64,000 bases of DNA from Octopus sinensis. Taxonomy: Eukaryota. The position numbers were made by a program, and so were the translations under genes. The stretch is from contig NC_043014.1 in NCBI RefSeq assembly GCF_006345805.1, positions 19,778,001 to 19,842,000 on the forward strand, read 5' to 3'. Of the stretch, positions 48,042 through 61,720 are shown in pieces. Each line of letters opens with the position of its first letter. Positions within the stretch are counted from its first letter, which is position 1. The notes below the pieces were generated by a model, which saw only the letters and a program-made list of their open reading frames with translations, did not search any database and had not been told where the DNA came from.

Positions 48042-49614
48042 AAGAGAGGGAGAGGGTGAGTGTGACGGATAGAGATAGAGGGAGTGAAATTGTGAGTTGT
48101 CTCAACGAACTGCTCGAATTTGTATTGTTTGGCGTTGTCCCATCGAAATATTTCCCCCAAAGACAAAATGTTTGGCGAGAAAATAAGACCAAAATCCTTA
48201 GATGAGTAGATTCACGACGCATTAAACTATTTGCCCATGCGTATTTTTAAACGTCAATGACTCTTTTGAATTCTTTTGTGACCCAATTTCAAGCATTCTA
48301 GAATTTGACCTCATACTCACCCAAATATAATTAATAATTTATTCACTGGCGCTACTTTTTTTTATATTATTTATTTATTTATTCATTCATTCATTCATTT
48401 ATTACTATTTTAAATTTGTCCATAATCTTTAGTTCTAAAGGTTTCATTGATGTAGAATAAATCCAGGAATATCGGAAATTTCTTTACTAATAAATAAATA
48501 AGCAGATAAAAATAAAATTTGATTTTTTAATGGGGTGGGAAAGTCGAGGATTAGAAGTTGTTTTTTCTAGTTTTCCAGCTATTTTCCTTTGTATGGGGAA
48601 TAAAAGAAGTCTTTCAAATATTGTTGTATTTTCATAATAAAAAACATGTGTTTCAAAAAACAAAACAAAAAAAAAACAGAAAACAACTCGAGTTTCCAAA
48701 AGAATTGTGGCTGAATGTGAGGGAAGAATCGATTTAATTAACGCAGGCATGGCATTTATCTGTGATTCTGGAGTTCGCTTCTGAGTTATGTAAGCATGGG
48801 TTCAATCTCAGTGAGCGGCACATAACCTCGAGTTCACCAACGAATGAGCCACTGATGTTGAGTAGACTGAATGACAGCAGAGGATGTTTCATGTATGTGT
48901 GTGTGTGCGTGCGTTTGTGCAAGAAAAGGAAGTAAAAACCGATCTAAATCCGGATTTCTTAAGACTGTGTCCATCCACTTACAATCGCATTCTTGTCAAT
49001 CTCGCCCCAATAAATGCACTGAGCAAATCGTTACTCTGTTGGAAAGCAGTAATTAATTACGCTGTTGCTCATGATTATTAGATATATAAATCATCTAAAC
49101 TATACATTATTGGTGCACATTTTACCCTTGTTTATCATCCGGTGGAACAATTTAATCGATAAGTCAAATTTTGTGGAATTTTAAGGAAGACCATAACTAG
49201 TATCAACTAAATACAGCAAGCCATTTTTGTTTTCATATTTTTTCCTTTTTATCTGATGTTCAAACGAACCTGTCAATATTACGTGCCTTAAGCCTCTTCT
49301 CAATATTAACTTGTTAAATAATAGCCAGGCTTGTTTCTTGTCATAAAATGTAAAGTAATATTTTTTATTGTTGCTAAGAACATAATCCTACATTAATCTA
49401 ATCGAGCTTGTGCATGATCAATGCGTATATATTAATACAGAAAGAATGATCAAGAAACTATTTAACAGACGGATACCGTGGGTGGATAAGTTTTCTTCTG
49501 TATTCATGGTCAAAACAGTGGCAGAAATAGCAGTTGTAGCTCTGTGAACTTAGCGACATATTCAATGTCTACGTATATATCTGGTAATGGCTAATACAGT
49601 TATAATTGTTCAGA

Positions 49615-49823
49615 ATATTTCAAGTTTTGGCACAACGCCAGCAATCTCGGGCAAAGGGATAAGGCGATTAAATTGATTCCAGTACACAACTGGTACGTAT
49701 TTTAACGAATCCGAAAGGATGAAAGGCAAAGACGACCTCAGCGAAATTCGAACTCAGAACGTAAAAGGGACGGAATGCCGCTAAGCATTTTTCCCGGTGT
49801 GCTAACGATCCTGCCAGCTCGCA
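49615..49823 (-). mobile_element. SINE group A
   Basis: CCGAAAGGATGAAAGGCAAAGACGACCTCAGCGAAATTCGAACTCAGAACG..GCTAACGATCCTGCCAGCTCGC. Confidence 0.85.
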
Positions 49824-49889
49824 GACTAATTCTTCAGAAAATCAAACAAACGTTACAATTGCATATATATATATATATATATATATATC

Positions 49890-49960
<71 letters not shown>

Positions 49961-50733
49961 TGTGTGTGAGGTTGCGTCTATATCTAGACCCACCACCGCT
50001 TGACAACCGGTGTTAACATATTTAGGTGCCCGTAATTTAGTATTTCAGCAAAACATTAGCAGCCGAACAACAGTGAAATAGTTGCTGACATCGCTCGTGA
50101 TGTTCTTATTATTCATATCGTCCTATTTTGATTTTGCACCTAATACTGTTGTGGTAGTTTTCGCTGTAGTAGTAGTAGTAGTAGCTGCACATCCAAGTGG
50201 AAAATTAATCCTTGAAGGATTAAATCTACCTTCGTACATTACTACTAGTATATTAAGCCAACAAAGGGTGCCTGGATTCGTTTGGCTTGCAATAGAAAAT
50301 TAAGCTAAAGTTTCACCCAAATCATATCGAGACACCTTAAAGAAAAGTAAGAAAATATTCAGACATGCAATTTACATATAAAACAGGATGATAAAGGCTG
50401 GAATCTGTTTGAATATGGATTTGCAGATCTACCTCTACAACACCGAACAATAACGACATTAGCATTTGGATCTCAAATTGAGACGGGTGAGATACAAATC
50501 TACCTCAGCTAAGGTTTCAACATATATAGAGAGATGTAAGGCACAACCGGATGTTTAAGGAGCTTATTTCTTAATCCCATATTATCGATTCCGTTGCGTG
50601 CTCACTTGGGCAAATTTCTTCAACCATAGCCTCCGAATGTATATTTTGTTGGATTAATAATTATGCATTAAATATTTTCTTCACTTTAAGACTTATCGTT
50701 GAGTACTTTACTTTAAGTGGCTGGAGCAACACC

Positions 50734-50765
<32 letters not shown>

Positions 50766-50766
50766 C

Positions 50767-50800
<34 letters not shown>

Positions 50801-52489
50801 ATGACTTATGGTTTTGTAAACTTTTATATTTTATTAATGTTTTAATGTAAAGAGTTGCACAGGTGTATAACCTTTCCATAGGATTGCTCAGGAAGACGGG
50901 AATAGTAAGTGGCATCCGACAATAAGAAGCAGAGGTGCTGTTGAGAGGGGATGCCGAGGCATTTGCTAAAAGCAAACGAATACACACACACACACGCACA
51001 CATAATACATCATACATACATACATACATACAGAGACATATATATGAAGTGGATGATGTGTGTATACGTGTATTTTGTTTAACCAAATCCGTTGATAAAT
51101 AGTGTAAAAACTTGCAGTTTTTACTTTTAATGAGTCCACCATGATCCTTTGTAATGGTAAACACATGAGTTGGATGTGGGGGACGCAAAATGTATATACA
51201 CATCAGATAAAACCGATGAACTAGAGTGTCGAATGAAAATAAAAGGTGGTATTTTTGCTGTTCGTGAGATGCAGAAGATACTGTATTGTTATAATTGGCA
51301 TCAGAAATGCAGCCAGCTAGTGGTTTACAACTTATTATTGACGTAAACAGATTTAATACAGAAATCTTTTTAGAAGGCGGACATCATTTTCAGCGTGTAG
51401 GATTGTTGATTCTATATAAGTACACAAGCTCGTTATTAAGGGGCTCCTGTATGGATTTAAGTCCACGCTAGATAGGAAGCATGATAAAACAATATTTAAT
51501 TAAAAGAATTAAGGAGGCGATCGGTATGTTTGTTTCATTAACTTTTTATCTTGTGTGGAGTGTTAGTTTAGTTGGTAAATGTGCTTCACATATTTCAGTC
51601 CTTATTTCACACTCTCTTTCATCTTCCTTTTCTCTCTCCCTCTCCCTCTCTCTCTCTTTCTCATTCCCAGAGTTTTTTTCTATCTCCTTCCACACTCATA
51701 CACACAAATACATACATACCTCTGTGTGTGTGTGTGTGTGTTAGTGCGTGCGCACGTGCGTATTTGTATGCATGCATATCTGCACATATATACACATATA
51801 TATATAAATGTAAATGTTTGTGTATGTGTATCGTTATATATATGTAATCACACATACACGCGCGCGCACACACACGCACACGCACACACATACACGCACA
51901 CACACACACACACACATGCACACACACATACACACACACACACAACACACAAACACCCCCCACACACACACAATAGTAAAGGTTCTTATATAGCAGTATT
52001 GTATTACCAAGATTATCTCCCTTCCCGGTCGATATTTTTCAATAAAGGTAACACTGAATTGCTTCCCTTCTTTCACTCTGTAACATTAACGAGGGCAACT
52101 CGAAATCTGTTACATTTATCTGTCGGATTCAGCATAAAAAGTAAACCAAAAGCTGCAGTATTCTGTGAAGAGACTGAGTAAATACTGGTTTAACCAGAGA
52201 TGGGCAATTGGTTGGCAGTTCAAGTTCTCCCAGTTACACTCGACTTAAATAATATCAACTGTCTTTCCAACTTAAGTATATGTAAGCATACTTATAAATA
52301 ACAAAATGTTGCATAATTTATTGTTCTGTTTCCATTACTATGCCACTTAACTCTCTACAACTTGCCAAGCTATAAGTAGCTATCACAGTGTGGTATGTTA
52401 TAGTCCTCTGTACTATCTGTAGACAAAGTACTTCACTTTCAACACTCACATATCTGTTTAGGTGCAAGCAGGTAACACATAGTATGTTC

Positions 52490-52682
52490 CAGTCTAGGAC
52501 ATTTACTCTCCCTCCATGGACAATACCCCACCTCATGGACAATTACCACTGAGGACAACAGATGATGATTTTAAACTTCTTTAATATCTTGGAGAGGGGA
52601 TAATTAACCAAGGGTGGTAATTGTCCTAGGGGTTGGTTGTCGTTGGGGGAATTGTGCTATAGGGAGTAATTGTCCTGATACG
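52490..52682. mobile_element. hAT-like MITE with 8-bp TSD and inverted subterminal GGACAATTACC motifs
   Basis: GTATGTTC at 52482-52489 and 52683-52690; four GGACAA(T/C) motifs on the left and four inverted (A/G)TTGT(C/G)(C/G) motifs on the right; termini CAGTCTAGGACA / TGTCCTGATACG. Confidence 0.55.
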
Positions 52683-52719
52683 GTATGTTCAGAATGCTTT
52701 GTTGAACGGCAAGAGAATC

Positions 52720-53085
52720 GACTGTCAACTATCTACTGAAGTATCAGAAAGAATAATACCTCACACTACCGTATCTATGGGCAAGTTACTCTACTTCCAA
52801 CTGTCACATATCAGCCTAGATATAAGTAGCCCCCACAGTACAGTACATTTCACTCTACACTATACAGGGCCAAGACACTCGACCGTCAACTATCTACCTA
52901 AGTAGAGGTACGTATCAGAAATGGTAATGGTTCGTGCTATTGCGTCTATGCAGAAGTTACTCTACATCCAGCTGTAACACATATGCCTACAGATAAGTAG
53001 GTATCACCGTGTAGCACTGTTCCCTCTCTTGTCTCCAAGGCCAAACACTCCACTGTCTGTGATCGACTTAAGTAGAAATACGTAT

Positions 53086-53090
<5 letters not shown>
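52720..53090. repeat. Degenerate 160-170 bp tandem repeat (about 2.3 units; older unit near 52340-52430)
   Basis: (G/C)AC(T/C)GTC unit starts at 52720, 52881 and 53051; shared AAGTTACTCTAC, ATAAGTAG, GGCCAA(G)ACACTC. Confidence 0.7.
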
Positions 53091-53164
<74 letters not shown>

Positions 53165-53187
53165 GCACTCAAACGCATATACGTACC

Positions 53188-53268
<81 letters not shown>

Positions 53269-53738
53269 CCCGATTCTTCACATGCACTTATGTACAGAAC
53301 TGATTGTTTCACTCTTTACTTTAGTTAGTCATTCATTTATATATATATTTTTTTAATTTTCGAAAATGAATGTGAGCATCTTTCTTTAGATATCCCACTT
53401 ATATAATTATGAGGTCACGGCTTGTACTCTAGACATAAATTGTAGTCTCATGTCAACTTTTCGCCTTGCTATGGATTTCATTTCAATTAGTGAAACATAA
53501 TGATATATTGCACTGATTTGCTTCTATACGAGTCATTTATATATAAAGAGATAAGTCCTTAAAAGTACACCGAAATGTTGCAAGTAATATCGCGATTGAA
53601 GTATTGAACTATGCACAACACAGTAACACATCACCAAGCTATTTTACAGACTTTTTGCGGTTGACATTAGAGAAATATACGTAATACTTCATTTCTGTAG
53701 TAGGGACTGTTAAAAAATCAGTTTCTTCAGTTACCTGG

Positions 53739-53793
53739 TTTAGGACCATATATATATATTATATAGTATATATATATATATATATATATATAG

Positions 53794-53828
<35 letters not shown>

Positions 53829-53908
53829 AGGACCAATATATATATATTATATATATATATATATATATAGGAGAGAGAGAGAGGAGAGAGAGAGAGAGTT
53901 TAGGACCA

Positions 53909-53953
<45 letters not shown>

Positions 53954-53961
53954 ATATATAT

Positions 53962-54006
<45 letters not shown>

Positions 54007-54060
54007 TATATATATAGAGAGAGAGAGAGAGAGAGGAGAGGAGGAGAGAGAGAGAGAGAG
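53739..54060. repeat. Higher-order repeat [TTTAGGACCA-(TA)n-(GA)n] x3
   Basis: TTTAGGACCA at 53739, 53826 and 53899, each followed by (TA)n then (GA)n. Confidence 0.9.
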
Positions 54061-54701
54061 AATTCGAAAACAAAACCATGACGCAATTCACTCGCCAGAA
54101 ATTTGGAAAAGACATGCTGTACTGCTTGGCATCTACGCTTGAAGCTCCCCTACCGAACAGATGTTCAAGAACCGTTGGGTTGCCTTGTCCCCAAAACATG
54201 TACTGAGAGTGATAAAAATCAAACATCCAGTCAACATCATAGTGTTTGGAGTGATCACTAGCGATGGCGATGTTATGCCTCCATTCATCTTCCCACATGG
54301 CCTCAGACTCAACACGGAGGCCTACATCAAGTGCCTGGAGGAAGTAGTGCTACCCTGAATATTGAAGCTGGTTGCTGGATGACCCTATGTCCGGTTACAG
54401 GACTCTGCACCATGCCATACAAGCAAGAAAACCCAGTCATGGCTGTCAGACCATTTCTGCGACCACATCACCCCTAACATCTGACCACCTAACTCCAGAC
54501 TACAACCCCCTTCATTATTATGTGTGGGGCACAATTGAGTGAGAGACCAACGAAATTCCTTCTAACACGAAAGATGAACTGAAGGCAAAGTTTATGGTAG
54601 CATTCACCAACTTAAACAACGAGACCGTCAAGAATAGCTGCAGGAGAATTCGAAGCAGTCTGGAGGCGGTGGTTGAAGCCAATGGCGATTTTATTGAATG
54701 A
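54060..54701 (+). pseudogene. Internally deleted maT (DD37D) Tc1/mariner transposase remnant
   Basis: KHPVNIIVFGVITSDGDVMPPFIFPHGLRLNTEAYIKCLEEVVLP; LQDSAPCHTSKKTQSWL..PPNS(P)DYNPL(H)YYVWG..LEAVVEANGDFIE*. Spacing from the second Asp to the third catalytic position is 37 after repairing a small deletion. Confidence 0.8.
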
Positions 54702-54767
54702 AAATTTCTGCGTAATTCAGATGACAAAATATATTCACCGTACCCTGTATATATATATATATATATA

Positions 54768-55194
54768 TACTAAGCAATAAAGGGTTTAGCAACGAATTGC
54801 CTTACCACATACCGAATTTAGAAATAGCAGTCAAAGGGTTATAGCTATTTCTTCTACTAAAAAGGGAGATCTCAGTAAAAACAGCAATTGGAAGGCAGAC
54901 ACAAACAGGTAAGAGAGAATGAATTGACGGCAATCTATCATACATTTTTAAGTTATCTACGGACGTACGTTTCGTTTTTACTGAGATCTCCCTTTTTAGT
55001 AGAAGAAATAGCTATAACCCTTTGACTGCTATTCTAAATTCGGTATGTGGTAAGGCAATTCGTTGCTAAACCCTTTATTACTTAGTATTACTTAAATTTT
55101 TCCTCGAATGAGGCTTTTACATGCCGAAGACTACTTGGTGTAATTGATAATTATTCCAAATTAATTAATTTCACCCTTCATTATTACGGATAAC

Positions 55195-55198
<4 letters not shown>
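54768..55198. mobile_element. (TA)n-embedded element with 114/115-bp near-perfect inverted repeat plus AT-rich tail
   Basis: Arms at 54768-54882 and 54974-55087 differ by one substitution and one 1-nt indel; 91-bp spacer; TA at both outer ends; tail ..AATTTCACCCTTCATTATTAC..(TA)n. Confidence 0.85.
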
Positions 55199-55238
<40 letters not shown>

Positions 55239-55719
55239 TTACACACGTACACACACATACACATACACACCACCACGACCACACCACATCACACTACGCC
55301 ACATACAGGTGTCTTGATGCTAGGGCACCCATGCAACAAATCCTTAAGTATCTAATATCTAATCTTTCAATTTGAAGACTCATGTTACGGTTAACAGTGA
55401 CATGAAATATTTGAAAATATGAAAAAAAAAAATACAATGTGGATGCTGAGAAAGTGACTTAACGACAGAGAAGTTCCAAAGGCTGTTAGAGTATAATTTC
55501 ATTGTCAATGACGTTGGAAATGTGAGTATGTTAAAGTTAGAATGAAAAGTCTATTTTTTACTGCGCAAAGATGACGATAGAATGCAGGGGACGTAACTCT
55601 AGAATGTCTAATTGTAGTTATTCAATGCAAAGTAAAAGTGAGAAAATATTGTGTTGGCGTGGAGAAAAAATATCTCTAAACCTCATAAGCATGCGTAATA
55701 CGGAATCTGGCACAAAGAT

Positions 55720-55728
55720 GCAGACACA

Positions 55729-55776
<48 letters not shown>

Positions 55777-56327
55777 ACACACACACACATACATGTACAC
55801 AAGCACACACACACGAACATAAACACGAGCACGCAGAAAAAACACACATACACATAAACGCACACACAGGAACACAAACGCAAACACGCACACACATACA
55901 TATACAGACACACACGCAAGCACAAACACAAGTACACTCACACACGCACATACACACACATACACTCACACACAAGACCATACAAGCAAGCAAACATACA
56001 AACACCACCCTCCACACACACACACACACACACACACATATAGACACATGCAGATACACATGCAAAGGCATGTACATTGTGAGATTAAAACGCATACACC
56101 TGCATGCCATACACAAATGCACATACACATACATTCACGCATATACATGAATATATGAAGATAAAGAGGGAGAGGCAGAGAGACAGGCATACAGATAGCT
56201 AAACAAACGTATTTCTGTGCCTACATCCATCCATCCATCAATGCATACATATACTAACGTAGATGCACTCACTCACACACGGACACACACACATATACTC
56301 GCGCACACACGCACACACGCTTATATT

Positions 56328-56358
<31 letters not shown>

Positions 56359-56402
56359 ATAATATTACCTTAAGGGGTACGTAATGTGTACGTATGCATA
56401 TA

Positions 56403-56500
<98 letters not shown>

Positions 56501-56532
56501 GTATGTATATATATATATGATATATAATAAAT

Positions 56533-56563
<31 letters not shown>

Positions 56564-56620
56564 CTTAACGTAAGTATACATAGATAGATACATAAATACA
56601 TACATATATGTATTTATGCA
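55720..56620. repeat. Long (CA)n-rich then (TA)n-rich low-complexity block
   Basis: Directly visible. Confidence 0.9.
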
Positions 56621-57107
56621 TGTGTGTGTCTATATATACATACATACACACACACACACATATATATACATATATACACATATACATATATATATATATG
56701 CATATACGTATGTATGTACGTGTTTTTTTTTGTCAGTATCTACATGCCACTCTATGTATCTATGCATCTATGTAGGTATTGTAGGTTTGCATATTTTTAT
56801 TTGCGCACGGAGGATTGATTGCATGATTATGTGGGTGTTATGTGATTAAGCGAAACATATTTGATTAAACAAATCAAATAAACAGAGTATTCTCTTTGGA
56901 ATTCTTTTAAATGTAACAATTATGTCTTCATTCACATGATTCGCAAACATTTCCACATACGATATAATATTATATATTATATATATATATATAATATATA
57001 CACACACACAATACTTCTGTATGTTTGTCTGTCTATACAGGTTTTCATTTGATGGAAATTGGATATAGTTCTGTGTCTGAGTGATTGCGTGCGCGAGCAT
57101 GTGTGTG

Positions 57108-57152
<45 letters not shown>

Positions 57153-57870
57153 CATTATACGCTCTTCCAGTGATCACGCGTACAATATAAGACAAGCACG
57201 TATATGCTCTCCCTGTCTCTGTCTCCCCCTCTCTCTCTATCCCCCACTTTCTCTCTCTTTCCCCCACTCTTTCTCTCACTCTTTCCCTCACTCTTTCTTT
57301 CTCTCTTTACCCTACTCTATCTCTTTCTCTCTATCTCTCTCTCATTGTGTTTATATTTCTCTCGCTCTCTTTATCGCTCACACTCATTCCTCATCTCTTT
57401 ATTTCCCTCCCTCTTTTTTCTCTCCTTTTTCTCATCTTTCTATGTATTTCTCTCATCCTCCATCTCACTCTTCTCTCTCTGTATCTCTCTCTCCCTCCAT
57501 CTGTTTGTATATGTTTGTGAGCGTACGCACTTGCCTGCGTGTGTGTGTGTAAAAGAGTATACCTGTATAATTGAAGGATTAATATTTATTTAACAGTTCC
57601 AGCATTTAATTACATAAACAAACTCTTCAAACTCACTTAAGAATTCTTTTCTTCCTTTTGTCCCTCCAAATTAAACTGACCACCTAAATTTATTGCCAAT
57701 CCTATTTCTTTTCCTCCTACTACTAATGACAATGCTTTTAGTTTCCTTTTTAAAACGATTTCCACCCAAATGTAAAATCATCTTTTGTTCCATTAATTTT
57801 GATTGTTCACAGTAAACGGTTGTGATTGTCTCATTTTCTGTTTATCTTATCCAAGGCTATAAAGATTTGT

Positions 57871-58185
57871 CGCATGGTTGCGTGTTTAGGGCTTCCGCTC
57901 CTGGTTGTAACTTCGTGAGTTCCATCACGATGGCGTGCTGTGTCTCTAAAAAAGACCCTTCATTTCACCTTGCTTCGTCCACTCAGCTGGCAAAAATGAG
58001 ATGTACATGTTTTTCAAAAGGCCGAGCTTGTCACATTCAGTCTCACGTTGTACCTCACAGAGAACTACATTAAGCCTACGCGTGCGTGTGGAGTGCTCAA
58101 CCACTTACACGCTAATTTCACGAGGGGGTTGATCGGTCGATCTGATTAACCGGACCCCTCGTCGTCGAAGCGGATCGAGTGTCAC
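57871..58185 (+). mobile_element. SINE group C (degenerate)
   Basis: TTCATTTCACCTTGCTTCGTCCACTCAGCTGGCAAAAATGAG is shared with 35210-35255; GTGGAGTGCTCAACC..TAATTTCACGAG..CCCTCGTCGTCG is shared with 43524-43600. Confidence 0.7.
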
Positions 58186-58429
58186 TCATCATTCCACCAT
58201 GATCTTTCCGTAAACAACCGCGCATTTTCGGTCACACAGCAGTGATGTCAAGAGTGGAAGTCTATATGATATTATGCGTATCTGCATGATAAAGACACAT
58301 TCGATATTGTGCATATCTGCATATTGATAATAAATACTGTATTGTATATATCTGCATTTTTAAGATGATATGATACTGTTTATATTTTCATGGAAAACCC
58401 TCTCTCTCTCTCTCTGTATATATATATAG

Positions 58430-58463
<34 letters not shown>

Positions 58464-58964
58464 TATATACATATACCCTCAAAGGTTATTTTTATGATTT
58501 ATTCTCACTGTCTTATTCTTGCTACCACTTTCACCCACTGCAAAAATCCCAAATTTTATTTAATTTGCTTTGCAGGAAGGACTGTTTCAACAAAGTCGCG
58601 TCTTGTTCTTGCCTGCTGAAGAAGGGGAATATTTTTTTATGTTGTATGTCTCGTCTCATGTTTTTTTTGTTTCTTTTTTTTTTCGTTGTTCGAAAAAAAG
58701 TTCGTTTCCATGTTTTTGTTTTCATGTTTTCGTTTCTCATTGTGTTCAAAGTTTTTTTTTATATCCTGTACCCATATATACATGTATACATACATATATA
58801 TGTTGGTATGTACATATAAGTATATATATATATATGCATATACTTATATATTATTTATATTATATGATCGAACACCACGCATCCTTTTCCAAGTAAGTTT
58901 TATATATATACATACATACATACATACAGTAATAGTGTAACATATCCTTTAAAAGTAAATCACA

Positions 58965-59019
<55 letters not shown>

Positions 59020-59539
59020 TAATAAGGATACACCGGAGACGTTTAACATGTAAGAGCGATAAAACACTGCTCTGAAATTTATCCAAAATCATCAAAAATA
59101 AAGACATCCCATGGAGCCAAATATAGCTGACAAATGGTTGGACTATACCCGAGTAAGTAATACTCATTGAAATTTATTTCTGTTTTCCAAATGAAATGTT
59201 GTATTTTCACTGGATATCATCTCCACTGTTCGCACAGCACATGTAAACACGCTTGATACATTACGATCCATTAACACCAGACCATCTCCGGCCCCAAACA
59301 CCATGTACAAAAACTTTTTTTATAAATTAAATAATATCAGTATTATTCAACCAAAGAATAACAATCGGGAAGTGCGTACTTTAAACTTGTTACACAAAAA
59401 GAACGAAAAACTACACGTGCAAAACAATTTGGCAACAGAAATGAACGGACTGAAGAGATCACCCAGGCACTGCAAAGGTACCTTACGAAAATGATGACCG
59501 TCAAAATAAAGGGCCGAGCGTTGTTTCTCATGTCCGCAT

Positions 59540-61072
59540 ATAAAACTGAAAAGGCATATTTCAATCCTACACGCTTACTTTACAGCAGTGATCTACCCAA
59601 AGAACGAAAACAACATATGCACATAAAATCTGGAAGAAAAATAACCTAAATAAAGACTTGAATACGCCAATGAACCCTAATAAACTAGCTAACATACGAA
59701 TATATATTCTCAAAGCAAAAACAAAATATATAAGAAATAGAAATAGAACATTTAAAAGGAAAAATTCATCAGAAAAATGTAGTTAGAAGCCATACAGCAA
59801 TGCCAAATAATAACAGACACTGAGATAGTAAAACACGAAGACAGACGTAACATATCCAACAAAAACGAAGTAAACAAGAAGCAACAAACACAGAGGGTAG
59901 GGATGTATAATAATGTACAAAAAGCACCAATCCAGAACACCACAGACAAGCATATGAATGAGAAGGAAGGCGAAACAAATCTAAAACCTGGAAACAGTGA
60001 AGGGGAACCTAATGATTATGATACTATAAAAATGAGAATAATCAAAGAACTGAAAACCGCAGATCTCAGAATGGACCACCGATTATAGCTCCCAAAAATC
60101 AAAATAGAGAATAAAACAACATCAATAATAAATAGCATAAACCTAGCCGTCACGAAACTAATAGCCACAGAAACAAATGGCAATACCACTGAGCTAAATG
60201 ACATTATACATGCAGCAGCCACTGCGGCCACAAAAGAAGCTGGATTCTCCCTCAAACCCATCCAATTAGGAGTACCACCACCCAAACAAACCCTGTGGAT
60301 AAATAATATCTACAAAAAAAAGAAAGAAAGAGAAAAGATCTGTCAATCCGTAACGAAACTAGTAAACAATCAACACTAGCAAGCAACAAGAAGAAAACAA
60401 AAATACCGTGAAAATACAACATTAATGAAAACAAAATTACCTGAGGTAAAAGAAAATCTGAAGCAAGATATCCTTGCCAAAGCATTAAGGATCCGCCGGT
60501 ATGAGAAACGCCAACGTTTCTTTGAACAAAATAAACAGTTCAACTCCAACCCCAAAAAGTTCTACCAAGAACTTGGCAAAAATAAGATATCACTGCAGCA
60601 CCAACAACAGAAGAAGTGGAAGAATTTTGGAAAGAAATATGGTCGGCGAAGGAACAACCTCCGAAAGGGACTATTAAAAGAACGAACTTAGCAACTGAGC
60701 AACCCTAGACCCCTATAACAACAGAAGAGTTCACCCAGGCACTGCAAAGACTAAGCAACTGGAAGACATCTGGGCACAACAAGATCCCCAACTTTGGTTA
60801 AAATACCTGACAGGAATACACAAAAAGCTGGCTGAAAACTTTAACAATGCCGGAATGGCTCACGAAAGGGAAAACTATTTTAATTCTCAAATCCAATGAA
60901 ACGGCAAACCTGTCTCCCTACAATTCACAAAGCCTTTACTGCAATAATATCACAAAGATTGAGCAAAATCTGGAAGAAAACAACCTGTTTCCAGAAGAAC
61001 AGAAGGGATGCTGCAACGGCTCATACAGTGGTAAAGATCAACTAATGATCAATAAAGTCATAACTGAAGACA
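59540..61072 (+). pseudogene. Degenerate R4/Dong-like LINE, N-terminal region and RT domains 0-2
   Basis: KENLKQDILAKALRIRRYEKRQRFFEQNKQFNSNPKKFYQEL; EEVEEFWKEIWS; LSNWKTSGHNKIP(N)FWLKYL; PEWLTKGKTILI; NNLFPEEQKGCCNGSYSGKDQLMINKVITED. Terminates at a (TATG)n array. Confidence 0.8.
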
Positions 61073-61356
61073 TATATGTTTGTATGTATGTATATATGTA
61101 TGTATGTATTTATGTGTGTATGTATGCATGTATGTATGTATGTATGTATGTATGTATGTATGTATGTATGTATGTATGTATGTATGTATGTATGTATGAA
61201 TGTATGCATGTATGTATGTATGTATGTATGTATGTATGTATGTATGTATGTATGTTTGTATGTATGTATGAATGAATGTATGCATGTATGTATGTATGTA
61301 TGTATGTATGTATGTATGTATGTATGTATGCATGCATGCATGTATGTACGTATGTA
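61073..61356. repeat. (TATG)n microsatellite, about 70 units
   Basis: Directly visible. Confidence 0.97.
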
Positions 61357-61517
61357 TCAAAAATCCACTCACTTTACCAACTAGGCTTAATGGTTCATCT
61401 GTGAAGTCGACTATGCAACAAAATTTACAGACATACGCCCACACATTTACGTAGGATGTACTGCCCAAGAATAAAGACAGACAACACACCTGGTATTGAA
61501 TACGTACACATCCATTT

Positions 61518-61720
61518 TGAATTTTGGTACAGGGCAAGCAAATTTAAGGGAAGGATTAAGTCGATTACATTGACCCCAGTCCTCAACTGGTACTTATTTT
61601 ACTGACCCCGAAAGGATAAGAGACAAGGTTAACCTCGGCGGAATTTGACCTCAAATACGTAAAGTCGGAAGAAATGCTGTTTAACTTTTTACCCGACGTG
61701 CTTACGATTCTGCCAGCTCA
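61518..61720 (-). mobile_element. SINE group A
   Basis: GACCCCAGTCCTCAACTGGTACTTATTTTACTGACCCCGAAAGGAT..CCTCGGCGGAATTTGA..TGCCAGCTCA. Confidence 0.8.

Noticed and set aside
50881-59152. Micro-exon candidates before GTAAGT donors (about 50881-50903 and 59127-59152)
   Set aside because: Very short, and such site pairs are expected by chance in 64 kb; no supporting context.
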